A DNA stretch of 64,000 nucleotides. Source: Raillietiella orientalis (Eukaryota). The position numbers and the translations under genes are program-made. The notes under the pieces are model-generated. The model made no database searches, was not told the DNA's origin, and saw only the letters and a program-made list of their open reading frames with translations. Where the stretch lies: NCBI GenBank assembly GCA_036172245.1, contig JAYWIR010000059.1, positions 372,001 to 436,000 of the forward strand, given 5' to 3'. Position 1 is the first letter of the stretch; every line of letters starts with the position of its first letter. Below are positions 10,401 to 25,400 of the stretch, piece by piece.

Positions 10401-13400
10401 TGCAAATGAGTGAGCTGTCTGTGACTCCACTAGTTGGCGAGCTTCCTTGGATAGCAGTCGAGCCTTCGCAGGATCACAGGTGATTGAGTGACAGCAAAGG
10501 AGCAGGACAGTCTCTCTCTCGGTAGACACATCGAATTCACGTCAGAAAATATCCAGTTGGACACTAAATCATGACAATTAGCATTCTTTTTTCCCCCCCT
10601 AAGAACATGGAGAAGAAAAAAGTGTTCATCATTCAGTGAACCATTTTCCTTAAGTATAGGTTATGAGAAGTCACCGAGTGGAGACTCATGTTGCTGAATG
10701 AATGGTCTCTAAAATACCAAACCACTGCAAACAAAGATCCTTCTTTGAGAATCATTGGTTCATTGTTATTTATGCCCTTTCAGAGGCGTCTTTTTCTCAG
10801 TGAGGTTTCGTTTTTCTGGTGAAATTGCATTCAAGACTTCGGTCCTTAAAACCACTGAAAAATTCCAGCCTGCACCATTCTTGTTTGCGGCCTCTCATAG
10901 TATTTTTGTTTTCTCTTTTTTGCACAATTATCCTGTAAGCATCCCAAACAGTGATGTCATTTCAGCTCCATTGAACTCGCTAGCAAAGATGAGAGCATGG
11001 ACTCCTCTGTGGAATCTCGCAGGAACAGCTCCAGTATAGCTCCCAGAAGGGTCAGTGGAACGAGTTCCACAGGTAATCCAATTTTGATTTTGGCTTGACA
11101 TTTTTTTTCCGGAGGGTAGTTCCCGGTTGTTATCAAAGGGCAAGGAAGGAAAAAATGGATTGTTCCGTGCAAAATCGTGCAAGTCGGTTCGTATAGGGAA
11201 TTCGCTTCCATCTTGGAGGCGCGCCTCCGTGCAGGCAGCTCTGAATTAGTAAGAAGGAAAAAGGGAACGTGCTAACTGAGGAGCGCGAGATGAAGTCCAG
11301 ATCCCCGTGCACTCCTCAGTCTGTCTCATGGATTGGGGTGAGCAGAGCCAAATGCCGTCTCTCGGAACACGGCGCAGGAAACGACGTCCTTCTGACGGGC
11401 GGAACCACATTTTCAAAACCTCAAGCAGCGACCCCTGAAAGCCGGAAATCATCAGAAGCACGGTTCGCAACAAGGGACAAGGGCCCTCAAATGGAAGCTC
11501 GGTAAAACCGTGCTGTGATGTGCACCCTATACGATGGAAAAACATCTCCGAAATTCTACCGGTCCTTTCCGAGGTGGCCATGGCAAAAAACTAACAGTGG
11601 GTGCCAGAGCAGAGGTTGATTTCAAGTCTTGGAGGATGAGACTCCAAGGCAGTTTTTTGTTGGCGGTGCACCGTTCGCATGACGTCAGTGCCGTGGCACA
11701 GGTATCCTTAGTAGATGACTCGGGGCGAGGCGCAACAGCTCCTTGAAGAAAAGCTCAATAGTGGAGGATGCGAGGTGCTGAGTAGTTTTTGAATTCACAG
11801 AGGGATCTACGTGGTGTGGAACGAGTAAGAAGCAGAAAGAATGAAGTGAGAGCGGAACAACCCTCATATCTCCTGTGGCGGCACGAAACATGCTTGATGG
11901 TAGGGGAGGGATACAACTTTCAAGAAGGATTGCTTCTCTTGTTTCTTTCTCTTGAAACAGCGTCATTCGGGATCGTTTCTAGCCCGGAAGGTAGGAAACA
12001 GGTACAGAGAGCGCTTTGGAAGTACAGAAATTTCATTTCCTATGTACTTCAGCGTGGACTGTACGAACACGGGATCCAATTCCGCGTATTGTATTTTCCT
12101 ATGAATGTGGAAAGAAGCCTTGAAAATTTTTTCCAAGCCCCATCTCTCCTCGTGTGGTCTTCCGAGGTCACGAGTACAGCTTCTTTTCATGAATGCTAAT
12201 AGAATGGCTGCAGCTTCCCTCATGTCTTCAGAGTCTGGTTGGATTCACCGAAATTTACGCAGTGCTTGATTTCGGTATGATTTACGGCCCACGCAGTCAT
12301 TTAGGAGCTTCGAGCAGAAGAAACTAGAAAATCTTGGTTCTGACCTCAGAGAACGCCTATCTCTTCTTTGTTCCCCTCGCTCTTCGCACATTTTTGTGAG
12401 GAATCTTCTGCAGCCCTGAATCGTTAACCAAAAAAATGAAAAAAAGAAAAATTTGTATTCCGTGTTTCCTCCGTTGCTGCTTTGCACGGTTTGCTGGCGA
12501 GTCCATCACCATGTTTTCCTCCTCTTCAAGCCCGTTTGCCAGCATCCGCTGCTTTCTCCTGGTACTAGAGCAAAGGGCACCGCCCAAGTCTCCAAATAAA
12601 AGTTTCGTTTTCCGGGTTCTGCAGCCAGCTCTTCCGTCATTCCCAGGCCGACTCTGTTCTTTTTGCATCCCTGGTTCTAGGAGTGGAATTCCCGCCCCCT
12701 CAACAGATCGGTAGTCTCTTTTACGCCATTTTCCAGGTTATTTGCTGAAGCACGTCAGGAATAAGTGGGGATCCCATTCAGAAATGAAAATAAAGGATCA
12801 TCTTGTTCAAAAAGACAGTTCTTCTCCAGAGCTGACAACAGGGAAATTGAATCCCCCCTTCCAGAGACTCGACGAGAAAATATTTATCACCAGAGTCCCC
12901 GTTGTTCCACGAGAACCGGCGAAGATGCGGCTAGACCGAACTTACAGCTTTGCGGAAGAAGATAAAGCACCGAGTACTGGCATCCTGGTTGCGGAAAATA
13001 GACGGGGGGAATTTCAAGAAAGTTCGAAAAAAAAAGAAGAATCCTCGAGGATCCCTCGAAACCAGCTGGAGAAATCTAAAATGTCTTCAGGAGAACGAAA
13101 ACACCCGAGCTTGTCATGGGAGAAAATAAGGCAGCGAGATTCGGAATTCCAGCTTGTTTCTTGCTGTCTACAGCCGACTGGCCTGGATGAAGCTCATCCG
13201 GTGGTTGCGGCCAATCGCAGGTCGCAGCCTGCGATTGGCTGTGAGGGAGTGGGAAGCGCCACCGTAAAAGGCATCCGATTTTGCTCCTGAAAGGAGCTTC
13301 ATTACGCCGAAGCATTCTAAAAAATGGACTCAATCGTAGAGATGATTTACGAGGATGCCCACCGTTTCTGATTGGATGCTATGGCGAAGCGAACCTTGAG

Positions 13401-16400
13401 GGAGGTTGAGGTGCTCGCGAGTGCTTTCAAAGTGAAATATGCAGCTAGGTCGCCCCGTGCATAGCTCTTTAAGTGTCCAGTAGGCGGATGCAAGGTACTT
13501 CAGGGAGATTTTTCGAGCTCAACGATGAGCAAGTGCCCGGGATCTCCACGGACGGAACGAGAATCACCCTCTGGACGAATCCGTCTTTTGGACGCCCTGT
13601 TCAAGAGACGGATTCATCTGGGTGAATCCAGAGTGATTTTGAACGCGGATGAGAGCGAGACAGTGATGGTACTCTGGAAAGTTCTTCTTGGTGACGGAAG
13701 ATCTTCCGTTCGAACGAGGGCCGGAGGTGATGCCGCACAGCCACACGCACTCACACTTAGCAGTTGGACCTCCAACCAAGCCCACGTTTCCTGGGCTCAG
13801 CAAGTTCTCGCGAGATTTCACATCTTTTGACATTCTGCCCGAATTTGCATGATGTAAGCATGCATCGCGTTGGCCTTTCAGGCCTACGCGATGCATTTTA
13901 ATTTTCATTTCAAGGAAATGAAAATTAAAATGCCGCGAAATTTTTTGCCTCCAGAAACACTTGGAGTATTTCTCTAAAAGCAGTTCCGATCTTAGCATGT
14001 TCTACGCGTGCAATGGTACGTATATGATGAAACATCTTGTCAATTTTTCGCGATAAAAGAAAATTTGATGCATCAGCTCCAGAGATTAGAAACACTTGGG
14101 TTATATTAGTTCAAGTCTTCCGATGCATTCATTTTTTAAATGAGGATTTCAAATCTTTGCGATTTTTTCAAAGTTGCTCCTGTTTGGTTTTCCGTGAATA
14201 GTGGTTGATGGCATTTCGCAGCGTTACCATGAAAGCTACCTTTCTGTTCAAACTTACGATGAATAGCCAGCAGTACCAGCATAAATAGATTATGATTTTT
14301 TTTAAAAAAAAAGAAGTATTTATATTATAGACACTTCCAGGGAGACGTGGCAGCAAATTTGGAACTCTGACCATGAATTTAGAGGAGCTATCCACAATAA
14401 ATGAAGGATCTATTTCTCGAACAGGGAACTCGATCCCAAGTTAGAAAGTTCTAATGGAATTGGGCAAAAGAAAGAAAAGCAAAAGTTCCTAATTGGATGG
14501 GGAATATTCAAGTAGAAACTGGATGCATAAATATCAAAAAGGAACGTGGATTTAGAGTTTCATATCTTAACACTGAAATCTCGTGAAAAGAGTAGATAGA
14601 GCATTCTATATACAGTGAACAAAATCATAAGAGAAAATCCAAGCGGAAGGAGCATTTCTTCGGATTTCCTTTGACCTTTTGCGGAAAAGTACAATGTGAA
14701 CCACAAACGCTGGTAATTGTAGGCATCTGGTGATGGACTGAGCGGAGAGACAAGAACGCACCTCGCACAGCAAATGCAAAAGCAAATGCCTGAACTTTCT
14801 TGGAACTTGAAAGCGAAAATCTTTTCTTTTTGTCTTCCGTACAGATCTTCCGCATCAGATTCTCACGTAATAGTGGGACTAGTATCAAAGTATCCATATT
14901 AACCCTATATTTTTTCGTCAAATTTAGATTTGAATTTAAGAAATCGATTTGTAGAGATCTTTGGAAATTTTGCGTCATTGGGAGATAATGAGTGAAACTA
15001 CTTCGTCACTTTTCCTTATGAAATAATCTGATGATGATCTTCCAGCATTCATTTGGAAACAAGAAAACTTACAATGGGGTCGTAAGAATTTTGAGCGATG
15101 TTCATGTCGAACCTCGCGGAGCCAAAGAAAAAGAAAGGAAAGAGGTTAAAAGGCAATATACTTATTAAGCTTCCACATCTTTCGGCAACTGCTTTGGGAG
15201 CACTGCATGACCCGCAAGGAGGCTGGACTACGCAACGATTGTGGCACACGGTGATCGCGGATGACTGTCGTATCTCCAGAATTCAACACTGCCGATAGCT
15301 AAAAATTCCTCCCATGATGCGTTTTTTGCGCACACGTTTTGATAGTTTTCCATCCAAAGATGAGCGTTAAAGCGATCTCAACTCTTAGATAATGGCGTTT
15401 CTTCCAGAAGTTGCTCACATTCCCAGATAATAGTAGTCTTTCTTGAAAGAATAGAATTCAAAGCCAAGTCAAATTCCGGCTTTGAATCCACAAAAACTGA
15501 TACTGGGTATCTTTTCTTTCACATGAAAGCTTTAATACCAGTGGGTTTCTGAGAAGTTGATTGCAACATACATTGCATCCTGATCTTTTGTGCATCTTGC
15601 GGAGAATTTCTCTGCCGTACAAAAAGTAATGCTCTTGCTGAGCTACAGGGAGAAAGTTGAATTATTTGAACTGCAAGGGAGGGGGGGGGGGGGAGTTGAG
15701 AACCTCCAGTGAATGCAGAGAGTTTTTTGTTTCTTCGCCGCGATCCCGCTGCTGCAGAATGCAGATGCATCCGTCTGCAGGTATTTTCATCGTAAGAGAA
15801 GTATGGCACAACGCAGTCCACGCTACCGAGCTATTGATGCAACTGATACCTGGTCATGCCCTACAGAGGGATGGAACCTGGGGCAGGTACGATGCAGTCC
15901 GTATGGATACGGATGACCAATGTTAGCATGACTCCAGAGTCACTTTGAGCGAAAGAGAGGATCCAAAATTCACTGCTCCTGAGCCTCCTCTATGGATCAA
16001 CTAAAGAGTTTTAGAGTGTCGACTGAAATTTACACTCACGATGCTCTAGGGCGCCTTGTCGGTTCCCTATTACCTACGAATGATTCTTCACCATCTGGCA
16101 ATCATGCCTCTAGTGACTCCCTTCTTCAGAACTGAACCGCCGAGTGGTGCAGAACCTGAAATCTAGATTTCACTCCCACTCACTTGTCGCGCACGGATTC
16201 CTTGCTCTTTGATCGATGTTCAAATAATCGCTTTTTTAACTACGCTGGCTGACGGAAGTTTTTTCAGGGTCGGAGATTTTGGATACGCAGATGTCTCGAA
16301 CCCAACATTGGAGATGGAGCTTCAGAAAATGTAAGCAGATTTTCTTTTTTTGTTATCATTATAATATTTCCGTGCGGAAAAATAAAACATCTCTTGTTTT

Positions 16401-19400
16401 TGTGGAAAAGTAAAAAATTTTCTAAGGACATCTTCGCGCTTGTATTTTCCTTCCCTTAACGGTTTGGCTCTCTCTTTCGGCTTCAGATGTGCTTCGTTTG
16501 CAGCCTGCGATCCTCTGAAACGTCTCACAGCATCATCTGGCAAATTATCAAACGATTTTTCGCAAACCTAAGACAACAGCTTTGGAGAAAACCCGTATTT
16601 TGAGTTTAACATGGTCTTATTTGTTGCTTTGGTCCACAGATGGAGCCTGGGGTATTCCCATGTTCAAAAAGAAACAACTTCATTCGATGTGCAAAAAATC
16701 CGCTTTCCTTTGGCAAAGTCCATTTCCATCAAGCATCTGATAGCACGTGACAAGAATGCTTTCTTATTCCACGCCATCCTTCAAGATCACTTTCCATGTC
16801 TTGCCCTGTTCAAGCTTCCGTCCCACTTCCCAAAAATTCAATGTCGCTCCTCGGATTTCTTTGGAATGCTCAACACCTCGGGATTTTTTGCGTGTTCATT
16901 TTTGGAGAACACGGCAGGCCCATCAATCATGGTGGCGTGACTCGGGGTTGACAAAGAAAGAAGCAGACCGAAGAGATGTCTTGGCAAACTTCACCCCCAC
17001 TCTCGTGTCGAAGCATCTTCACAGCTACGCTGCAGTCCTGCGCCACTCCGGAATCGCGGATACGAAGGTTCCAATGGTTCGCACAGGGAATCCTAGATCC
17101 CACCCCCATGATTTCGTGCGGTACTCTCTGCCAATGCCTGGAATTCTCCTTCAAGTTCCCTTGTTTTTCGGCATCATCTGGTGAGGACGATGTGCGGTGG
17201 CTCCCTGATCACCAACGTCTCACTCAGCCTCTAGGGGTGCTGCCGATTCGGAAACGTTCGCCAAGAGTTTCCACGAATTTCCGCGAATCGCAGTTTGCTC
17301 ATCCCGCGGACGGAAGAGTTCGAAGTATTCGATTCTTCCCACAGTTTGCGCCTAGCACCTTCAGCCTGCCTAGCCCGATTTAAGGACGGGCAAAGGGATG
17401 GACCACTTCCATGTTTCTTCTGTTTTCCCGAAATGACGAGACCAGAGCGCATGCTTATTTTCCCTATTTACGAGGCTTCCTTTCAGAAGAAGAAGAAGAA
17501 AAAAGGGCATACGTCCAGATTTCAAATTATCCCAGCTTTCAGAGATCTTTTCCACAACAACACGAGTTCTTTGACTTTTGCCTTTCCTGGTCCGAGGTCT
17601 AAATAGGGGAACCAGCAGGACCGTATTCTTGGCAGAGACGCTTTCGCAAAAAAGGATCAGGCTAATTAGCTACGAAGCAGCCGGTCCCTATCAGCTGGGA
17701 TTCGATTAACCCGGTCGTATATGATCGATTCGTTGCGCTCTAAGGCTGTTTCTCGAGAGCCACAGATAAATGTTGCAGAGTTTTTTTCTTTCTTTTTTTT
17801 TTTTTTGCATTTTCAGATGAGGAAGAAAAGAGAGACAATCGAACGGAGATCAGTCAGCTGAATTCCCATTCGTCGCAACTAAATGTGTCCTCCGCGGTGG
17901 GTGCCATTAAAGACGAGGCCTCCCTCCAGGAGAAAAAAAGAGGAGACTTCTTGCAGATACCTCCCATCATGACCGATTCGAGCAGCGCGGAGACACTAAC
18001 AGGTATGATGTTTGACGAAAGTCACTTGATGAAGCACTCTCGATACTCGGAGAGCACGGATTCCCCGGTTCGTGGTTTGTCTCTTTTCCCTCCTCCTCCC
18101 ACCTCCCTTGGGTATACATGCGACACAATCCCCACAGCTACCAACGTCCCGATGCTCTTCCATCTGGGAAACATCGGCGGGCGTTTCAGTTAAGCTGGAA
18201 TTTGGTGATACTCCCCAGCTTCCAGCGCGAGGACCCTGGGTTTCCGAACGAGTGTGTGAGACGCGCTGGGAAAGCATGGCTGCGTGATGGCTAACGGCAT
18301 TTCTGTGACCTGCGCCTCTTCGCCTCCTGCTTTACCGTATTTGAAAAGGGAAACCGAGAGGAAATTTAGCCTTGACAAAGTACGTCCATGAAAACGGGAT
18401 GACCTGGAATTAGTGGAGAGGAGAGCCTCTCATCCTGGTTGTGTTTTTGTTTCTACTACCCTCTCTCTCACTAGAGCCCGTTTCCCTTTTTTCGCAGAGG
18501 CCCTTATCCTTGGGGTACTCGTGCAGACGACTCCAACTAACCCTGCCTCCTATGCCTGCAAGTTCACCACGGATCAGACTTATCAGATTCTCGGGATTTC
18601 CATGGAACAACGGGAAGAAGACCTGATAGGGAGAAAGTACACGTCTTCGTGTCCAGGAAAGGGAGTGAGCGGTTAGTGACCCAGAGGAAGCAGCTTTTCC
18701 GGACCAACATTTAGAATATGCAACTTTCCAACAAAAGAAGAGTAAAATAACAAATACTGGGAAATGGAGGGAAGTCCACGTAATGGGGGCTAACAAAAAG
18801 ATCGACCAAGTCCACACAGCTCGCCCGTTCCTGATGACGAATTTCCAGCTTCCTTTGGAAACTGGTGCGGATTATGCAGTCGCGGGAACGAAATCACGAT
18901 CCTTTATCCTTGGAGTACGGTGAGGCAGAAAGGAACGCCTTCAAGGGAATAACAGGCAGTAGGAAGCACAGAGTTTCACTTCAGTTGAGGGGCTCGAAGA
19001 ATCAGGCGGTCTTGCTTTCCACAAAAGGGGCATCCATTGCGTGATTTTGCTCTCAGAACTGCTACTGGGAGTCATAGTGAAGGTATACGAGTGGGAGATA
19101 ATTCCTCTCCGAGAATGCCATGAGCAAAAAGGTAGCCGCAAGCTGAAAACGTCTTGATCCTTGAGACACCCTCACGAGATTCCCATCTTGCAAAGTCCCA
19201 GACTGTGTCCAATGGCAGGGGAAGCACGCTGAGTGCAAAGAGTTAGCCACAGCAACGAGTCTTTTGATTTTCTGCTTTGTTCCTGTCTCTTAACTAAGAC
19301 TAAGACTTAGACTCTCTTAACTACTTAAGAAATCTCTCCATTCTAGCTCATGTCTTTCTGAGGCTTCCAGAAGAAACTGAAAGTTCCTCAAGATGTCATC

Positions 19401-22400
19401 CCGGAAATAAGAAACTCACAGGAATGGGACTTCTCTTTATTGCAAATTTCTCGTTTTACCAATATCTGTCCTGTTCCTCTCAGGAGATGACCTCTTCATT
19501 GATCTTTTTAAAGGAAGCGATCCTAACCTACCTCCGAAAGGTGCGTCACGCAGGGCAATAGGCAGAGAGCATCTGAAACAAGAAGTCAAAGTATCTCATG
19601 GTTCAAAAAACTTCATATGTTATAAGATCCATGACTGCAGGATTGATAAAAGTGATATGGAAGGCACTGAAGGTGCCATAGAGAGCACGATTCCCAGCGT
19701 CTATAACAACAATCCCGGCTACAGGAAAGAAATTTAGTGGAGAGAGGAAGTGCTGCAGCTAAGAACAAATAGGAAAGTTCCATGTGGCGTTGAGTATAAA
19801 TGGCAAAAAATGTGTAGATGCTAAACTCCAGCTATGGTGTTGCCTACTCCGACGACTATGGAGCTTGAGGTTTGCTCGAAGAAGTTAACTTTCAGCACGC
19901 TACAAAAGCGCTAGATGCAGATGGGGCTTATAATAGACCCGAACTTTACAAATCGTGTAAAGGATATGATAGAGAGGCAAAAATTCTATCAAAGAACGGT
20001 GCTGCATAATATGAAAGAGTGGACAATATGTCTGACAGGAAAATCACCATTAGGGCGACAAGATCATGAGATAAAGAAGGAAATGCAAAAGAATGGGAAA
20101 AGGAAGCAAAGAGTTCTTGCATGGAAGAGATGGAATTCATCAGTGCGTGCAGTTTCTGAAGATTTTCAGTGGGATTGCTTCATCGGCCGCCCTACAACGA
20201 CCCTACTCCTGCCGTCCAGCATGCTTTCCGAAAGCACGACTTTTACTTCAATTCGCAATCACTTTCGTTCCAGATTAACTATGCCATAGAGCAATCCGCG
20301 AGCCCATTTACTCACCTTGATAAGCTGCGTTCAGTTTTTCTGATCTGACCGACGCGATGATCGGAGACCTTCCAAGGGAGGAGTCATCAGAGAGATCGGC
20401 TGCAAAGCATGCGTGCCCGACACAGCTAGGCTGAATCCTTCCCGACTCATTCCAGATTTATCTCTCGATTGATCTCAGAATTCATAATCCTGCCATTGAG
20501 TTTCCTCGGAATAGGCTGGAGTCACTCCAGACTCAATCTCTGCATGCAGTTTTCTCTTAGGGCTTTATACCTGGAGACAGAGATCATAAGAGAGCTTGTA
20601 AGGGTCGAGTCAGAGAATTACATTCTTTTCCTGTTTGAACGCTAAGGAGGCGCTCTGTTTACCAATGTATCACTTAGCTGCTAAGGGTGCTGCCGATTCG
20701 GAAACGTTCTCCAAGAATTTCCACGAGATGCATAGATGCTGTTCTTTTCCGATCAAGCACAGAATGGCTAGCGACTTGTCGATGTCTCTTCCTACAGGGC
20801 ATTTGACTAATCGTCAGCAGCGATGATGAACAAGTTTTCATGTCTTTCGAAACCTTCAAGAGAAACACGGGGTATCTGATCTTGAGGTCGGTTTTTCCAT
20901 TTTAAGGTCATTGATGAGAGATAAACGCTCCTTGGATTTTTTTTCCCTTTCTGCTCCTGACCTCTTGGAGCAATATGACAGCTGTGATTGTGAAGATCCT
21001 GCTAATGAACCAGAGAATTCCCGGATGGGTGAAAGCGAAACGAAGTGCTCTGGGCATGAGATGGAGTGGTCTGAACCTGCACATCTCCCAGATGCTTACA
21101 AATCTCATCCAAAGGAACTTTGGTTTTATTCAGAGGAGAGTGCATCAATTTTTCTAGTACTTCTCCGTTATGCGCCCTTTTAAATTTGCACATCTCATTC
21201 CACATTACTGGCTCCTACAGTTCTCGAGATCATACTGTTGCTGATTGTCAGTGATGCTGTTCTATCACACTGAAAGCTGCAATGATTTTTTTTCCTCCTT
21301 CCAGAAAGCACAACTTCGAACCAGGAAACCATTCGGAGCAACAGCACTCAGACTTTGACAGAATTCACGGCGAACACGGAGCTTGCTGCCAACGATTCCA
21401 GGAAGAATGCAACCCAAACCAAGCTTCCCCCTGATAAGGTTGGTATTGCCCTTGCACGGATTTTTATCCAGTCCAAGATCACTCTGGAACTCCAAACTAC
21501 ATGTTTCTCACGGTTGTGCACACGCAAACGTGTTTCCGGACTCACATGACCTTCTTCTATACATCCATCTGACTCCTTCTCTATGGACACCTTGTCGTTC
21601 CATGCACTTCCAAATAAGGACTTTGATGGGAGTCCATCACTCCTATTAAGCCAGACACGGAGGTCCTCTTCATTTTCCCTTAATTTGCTGACTGTGTCCC
21701 CTGAAGCTAAAAGTCATGTTTTTTACCAAATAGGGGAACCTCACGTGTTCTTCAGCCTCTTGTGCCTGCGCTCATGGGCTTGTTGTCTCCGTTCAAGTTC
21801 ATGGTAGCTCATTGTGTCTTTTCGGTTTCTTGATTGCCCCACTAACAGCTCCAGGAGAGCTTTTGGCTCACAGAGCACCGATTTTTTCAGACATGAACAC
21901 TGCGACTGTCTTCTGGGCGTGCGAAAGCATTTCTTCGGCTGTTTCGATTGCTGCAATGCACTGTCTTTACAGAATTTTTTTTTTCCCCGCTTTACTCTCG
22001 GCAAACCCGAACACGGAGCTCAGTCATGAAATCAGCTGACTGCAGAAGACCGATCCTTCGCAGTCTGATCCTGAACGAAAAATCCCTCTCTCCTGAAATC
22101 TGAGGATCGTTCACTAAGCCGAGTAGAATTCTCCTTCCTGCTTAAGAAATACTGGGATTTTTCCTTCTGTCTTTGCCTCCACTTTCATCCCTTTCTTTCT
22201 TTCTTCGGAATCTTAGCTGAGACACCTCTTAAACGGCAAAGTCTTGAACTTAATGATGCAAGTTGGTCTTGTTTTGATAATCACTCTAACAATAGAGATG
22301 GCAGTGCCATGTGGGAAGCACTTGCTGCCACAGTATGGGATCTCAGACCTCTGGCAGCAAAATTCACGTGAGGTCACTCGAACAGAGAGCACAGTAGGGC

Positions 22401-25400
22401 TCTGTATAGCGCGAGCCGCGTTATAAAAAAGCGATTTATACAAGCCCTATGGGTTACACACGAATTATATGATGATATTTTCTTGCCCTTCCGGCACCTT
22501 TTTTTGAAAATCCATGAAGAAGGTTGAGTAATTTTTAAAAGATAAAATTGTATTTTAAGCCCCGTGACAGTGGAATATTTATTATTCCACTTTAGACCGA
22601 AACCAAAAAAATATAAGCGTATTTATTTACTATTTAATTTAAAGTAAAAAGAAAGCCATTAGAGTTTTGCTGATGCTCAATGGATTTAAACAGTACTATA
22701 GTTTCAGTTTTATCGGTCTCATTCTTAAACAGTTCAATCTACCTACATGAACCAACCTACCTACATGTGTTCATGTTCTTTTTAAGCACAGATGACATGC
22801 CACAAGAATAAAAGTAACCCACAGTGTCTTAAGCGTAGATCTGCTGCCTTTTCTTCCTCCTCACGAGCCTTCTGATTGCAGTGGATAGATGCATGCTTTG
22901 CATCACTCCTCCTGTGTTGCTTTCTTGCCCTTTCGGCATATTTTTTTCGAAAATCCATGAAGAAGGTTAAGTAACTTTGCACTCGGAAATCAACCGTGGA
23001 TGTGCGTGGGCTCCTTCCGTAGCTCGCCAAGACCGGCAGCTCTGTTCATGGAACTCCCCGGGAATCCAGCTGTTACTCGCTCGTGGTGGAATCAGACATT
23101 CCTGCAGCCACGCAGGAAATTCCTGTTTCATTGAGTTGCATTTGCATTCTCAATCTGTATTTCGAGGGTACAACTCCTATAAGGTCGTCAAACTGACCTC
23201 GCAATCCGCTTGAAGGTTCTGAGGAAACATAGAAGAATCTTGAGCGCCACGGGGCATCCGGTGGAAATTGGATTAGGCTTCTGTCCTTTTCTTGCGAGTT
23301 TCCAATTTTGCCCGACGACCGCAGCCGTTTGAAACCGAGATTCGATTTTGCTCACTCTTTATGGGTGTTTTCAGCCGAGAGAAGCGACGAACTTCAGAAC
23401 GCTATTGCCGATGATGGAAAGTACGATGACTCTCGAGCGAACATGGAGAGAGATTCTCATCGTTCGCAGCAACTCTCCGCACACATCAATTCTACCACTT
23501 GTCATCTCTTCCTCTAAGCTCCTCCCTGACACCACCACTACCATGTTGGCTAGTCTTCTCTTCCTTTAAGCCTCCTCTTACTACCACATCACACCGAACG
23601 GTCCTCACTTTACATTGCCCGATTGATAGCTTCTCGAACCCACAGAGGGCAGTTGGGAAACCATTCCTCTTTGAGAATGCCTGAGGCAAGAAGCTGACTA
23701 AGCTGAGAACACCTTCATCCCTAAAACCTCCTTCCCCATCCTGCAAAGTCTCAAACTGCATCTAACGGTAGGAGAGGCTTTATGAGAGCAAAGAGGCAAC
23801 GAAGCGAAGCGCCCAGCAGAAACAATTCGTGAATTTTTCAAGCTCATTCCCTCAAGAGAGGCATAAGAAAGCAAACGAACGAGCAAACACTGCGTTTCCC
23901 GCCAGGCAACCTTCCTAAATCACTCTCCAGGACACGCTGACTACCCCTCTGATTTCCGCAGCCCAAAAACGAGAACAGGCTTCTCTACCTCGCTGTTCCA
24001 TAACATCGGAAGAGTCACTGCCTACGGTGCTTATCCGAGATGCCCTGCTTTCAGACCGAGATCAAGGTGTCTGTGATGCAACACAAGGAGGTGTTTTTTG
24101 GAAGGAAGACGGATTTGACGGATCTCGTGGAAAAGGCATTCAAGAGGTCCCGTTCCTTTTCCACCCCTGATGAGAGCCTCGAGAAGCTGCCCGATTGTAA
24201 ACTTCCATTGCTTTCATCTGAGAGACACAGCAAGAGCAGTACCACCCTGGCTTCTCGGTTGTTTGGCAGCGACGAAAAGTCCAGCCTGATGAACACGACT
24301 ATCTCGCCTCAGATATTCTCCAAGGGCTCCTCTCAGGTAGGTGCAGCTGAAAATTCCATTTTTTTTTTCTATAGATAGGTCACACGAGGAAAAACTACTA
24401 CATGAATGGAACGACTCCACGAGGCAGCTACCACCATCGGGATTCTCCCAAATCCAGTAAAGTGGGAGTGGTAGTCACTTCTTCCCGTCAGTCACAAAGA
24501 AGGCAAGCATTCTTCGAAACCACCTTGATCTCAGGGCGCAGACGCTGGATCCAGTTTTAGAGCGCAGATTCCTTTAACATTCCTCATCACTGCCAAAGCA
24601 TCCTCTACCTCTCATACCTTTGTTCTGTTCGTGTTTCACTTTCTTTCTCACTACAACTGATCCTCTGGAAGCAAATAACGTCCAGGGAAACTATGTCTGG
24701 TGGTTCTTCTCCAGTAGAATCTGAAGAATAAGGTCATCTTGAGGTGAGCTGCAAAGGCCAGCTGCTGGAGATGGTCACCTAATTTTGTGCTCTGAAACTG
24801 AAAAAACCTTATTCATCGAAGACGGCGAGTCTTGCAGAAAGTCTTTTTTCGGCACAATGCTCTTTGAGATGCAAGAATTCAGTGAGACCTCCAATGCATT
24901 TCGTTCGATGAGTAAGCACTCCTTTGTCCAACTAGGATTACCGAGTGGGAGACACACTCTGCAGCATCGAGATATTCAAGTCAAGTAATCATCGAATCAA
25001 TTAGTCCATGGAGAAGTACTTGGGTGAGATGTTGTAGCCAAGAAAAGACTCTTGTTGCTATGGATAGAAAACTGAAAAGACCTCTAAAGATCATCAGGAA
25101 GAAATTTTCATCAACAGCGAATCGCTTCAGTTTGTGGTTATCTTGACAGATATTTTCAGATGGGATAAGTCAGTAGGGATAAGAATTGGAGCACATGGAC
25201 GTTTAGAGGTATTTATGTGCTCCAATTGCTGAAGATCACGAAGCTTGCAAAGGACGCAGAATTTTTTCTCTATACATCAAGCTTGTAGACCATTCAAGAA
25301 ATATGATTGCCAAACCGGTTGAAGTGGACTGCGGCTCCCTGGAAGAACAGTAGAAATGAGGAATGCCAAGTGCCTCCCCCCAAATGACAAGTGCCTGTAG

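Noticed and set aside
12742..13290. 182-aa ORF as a RasGRF exon or separate gene
   Set aside because: No recognisable homology and no confident splice boundaries; left unannotated.
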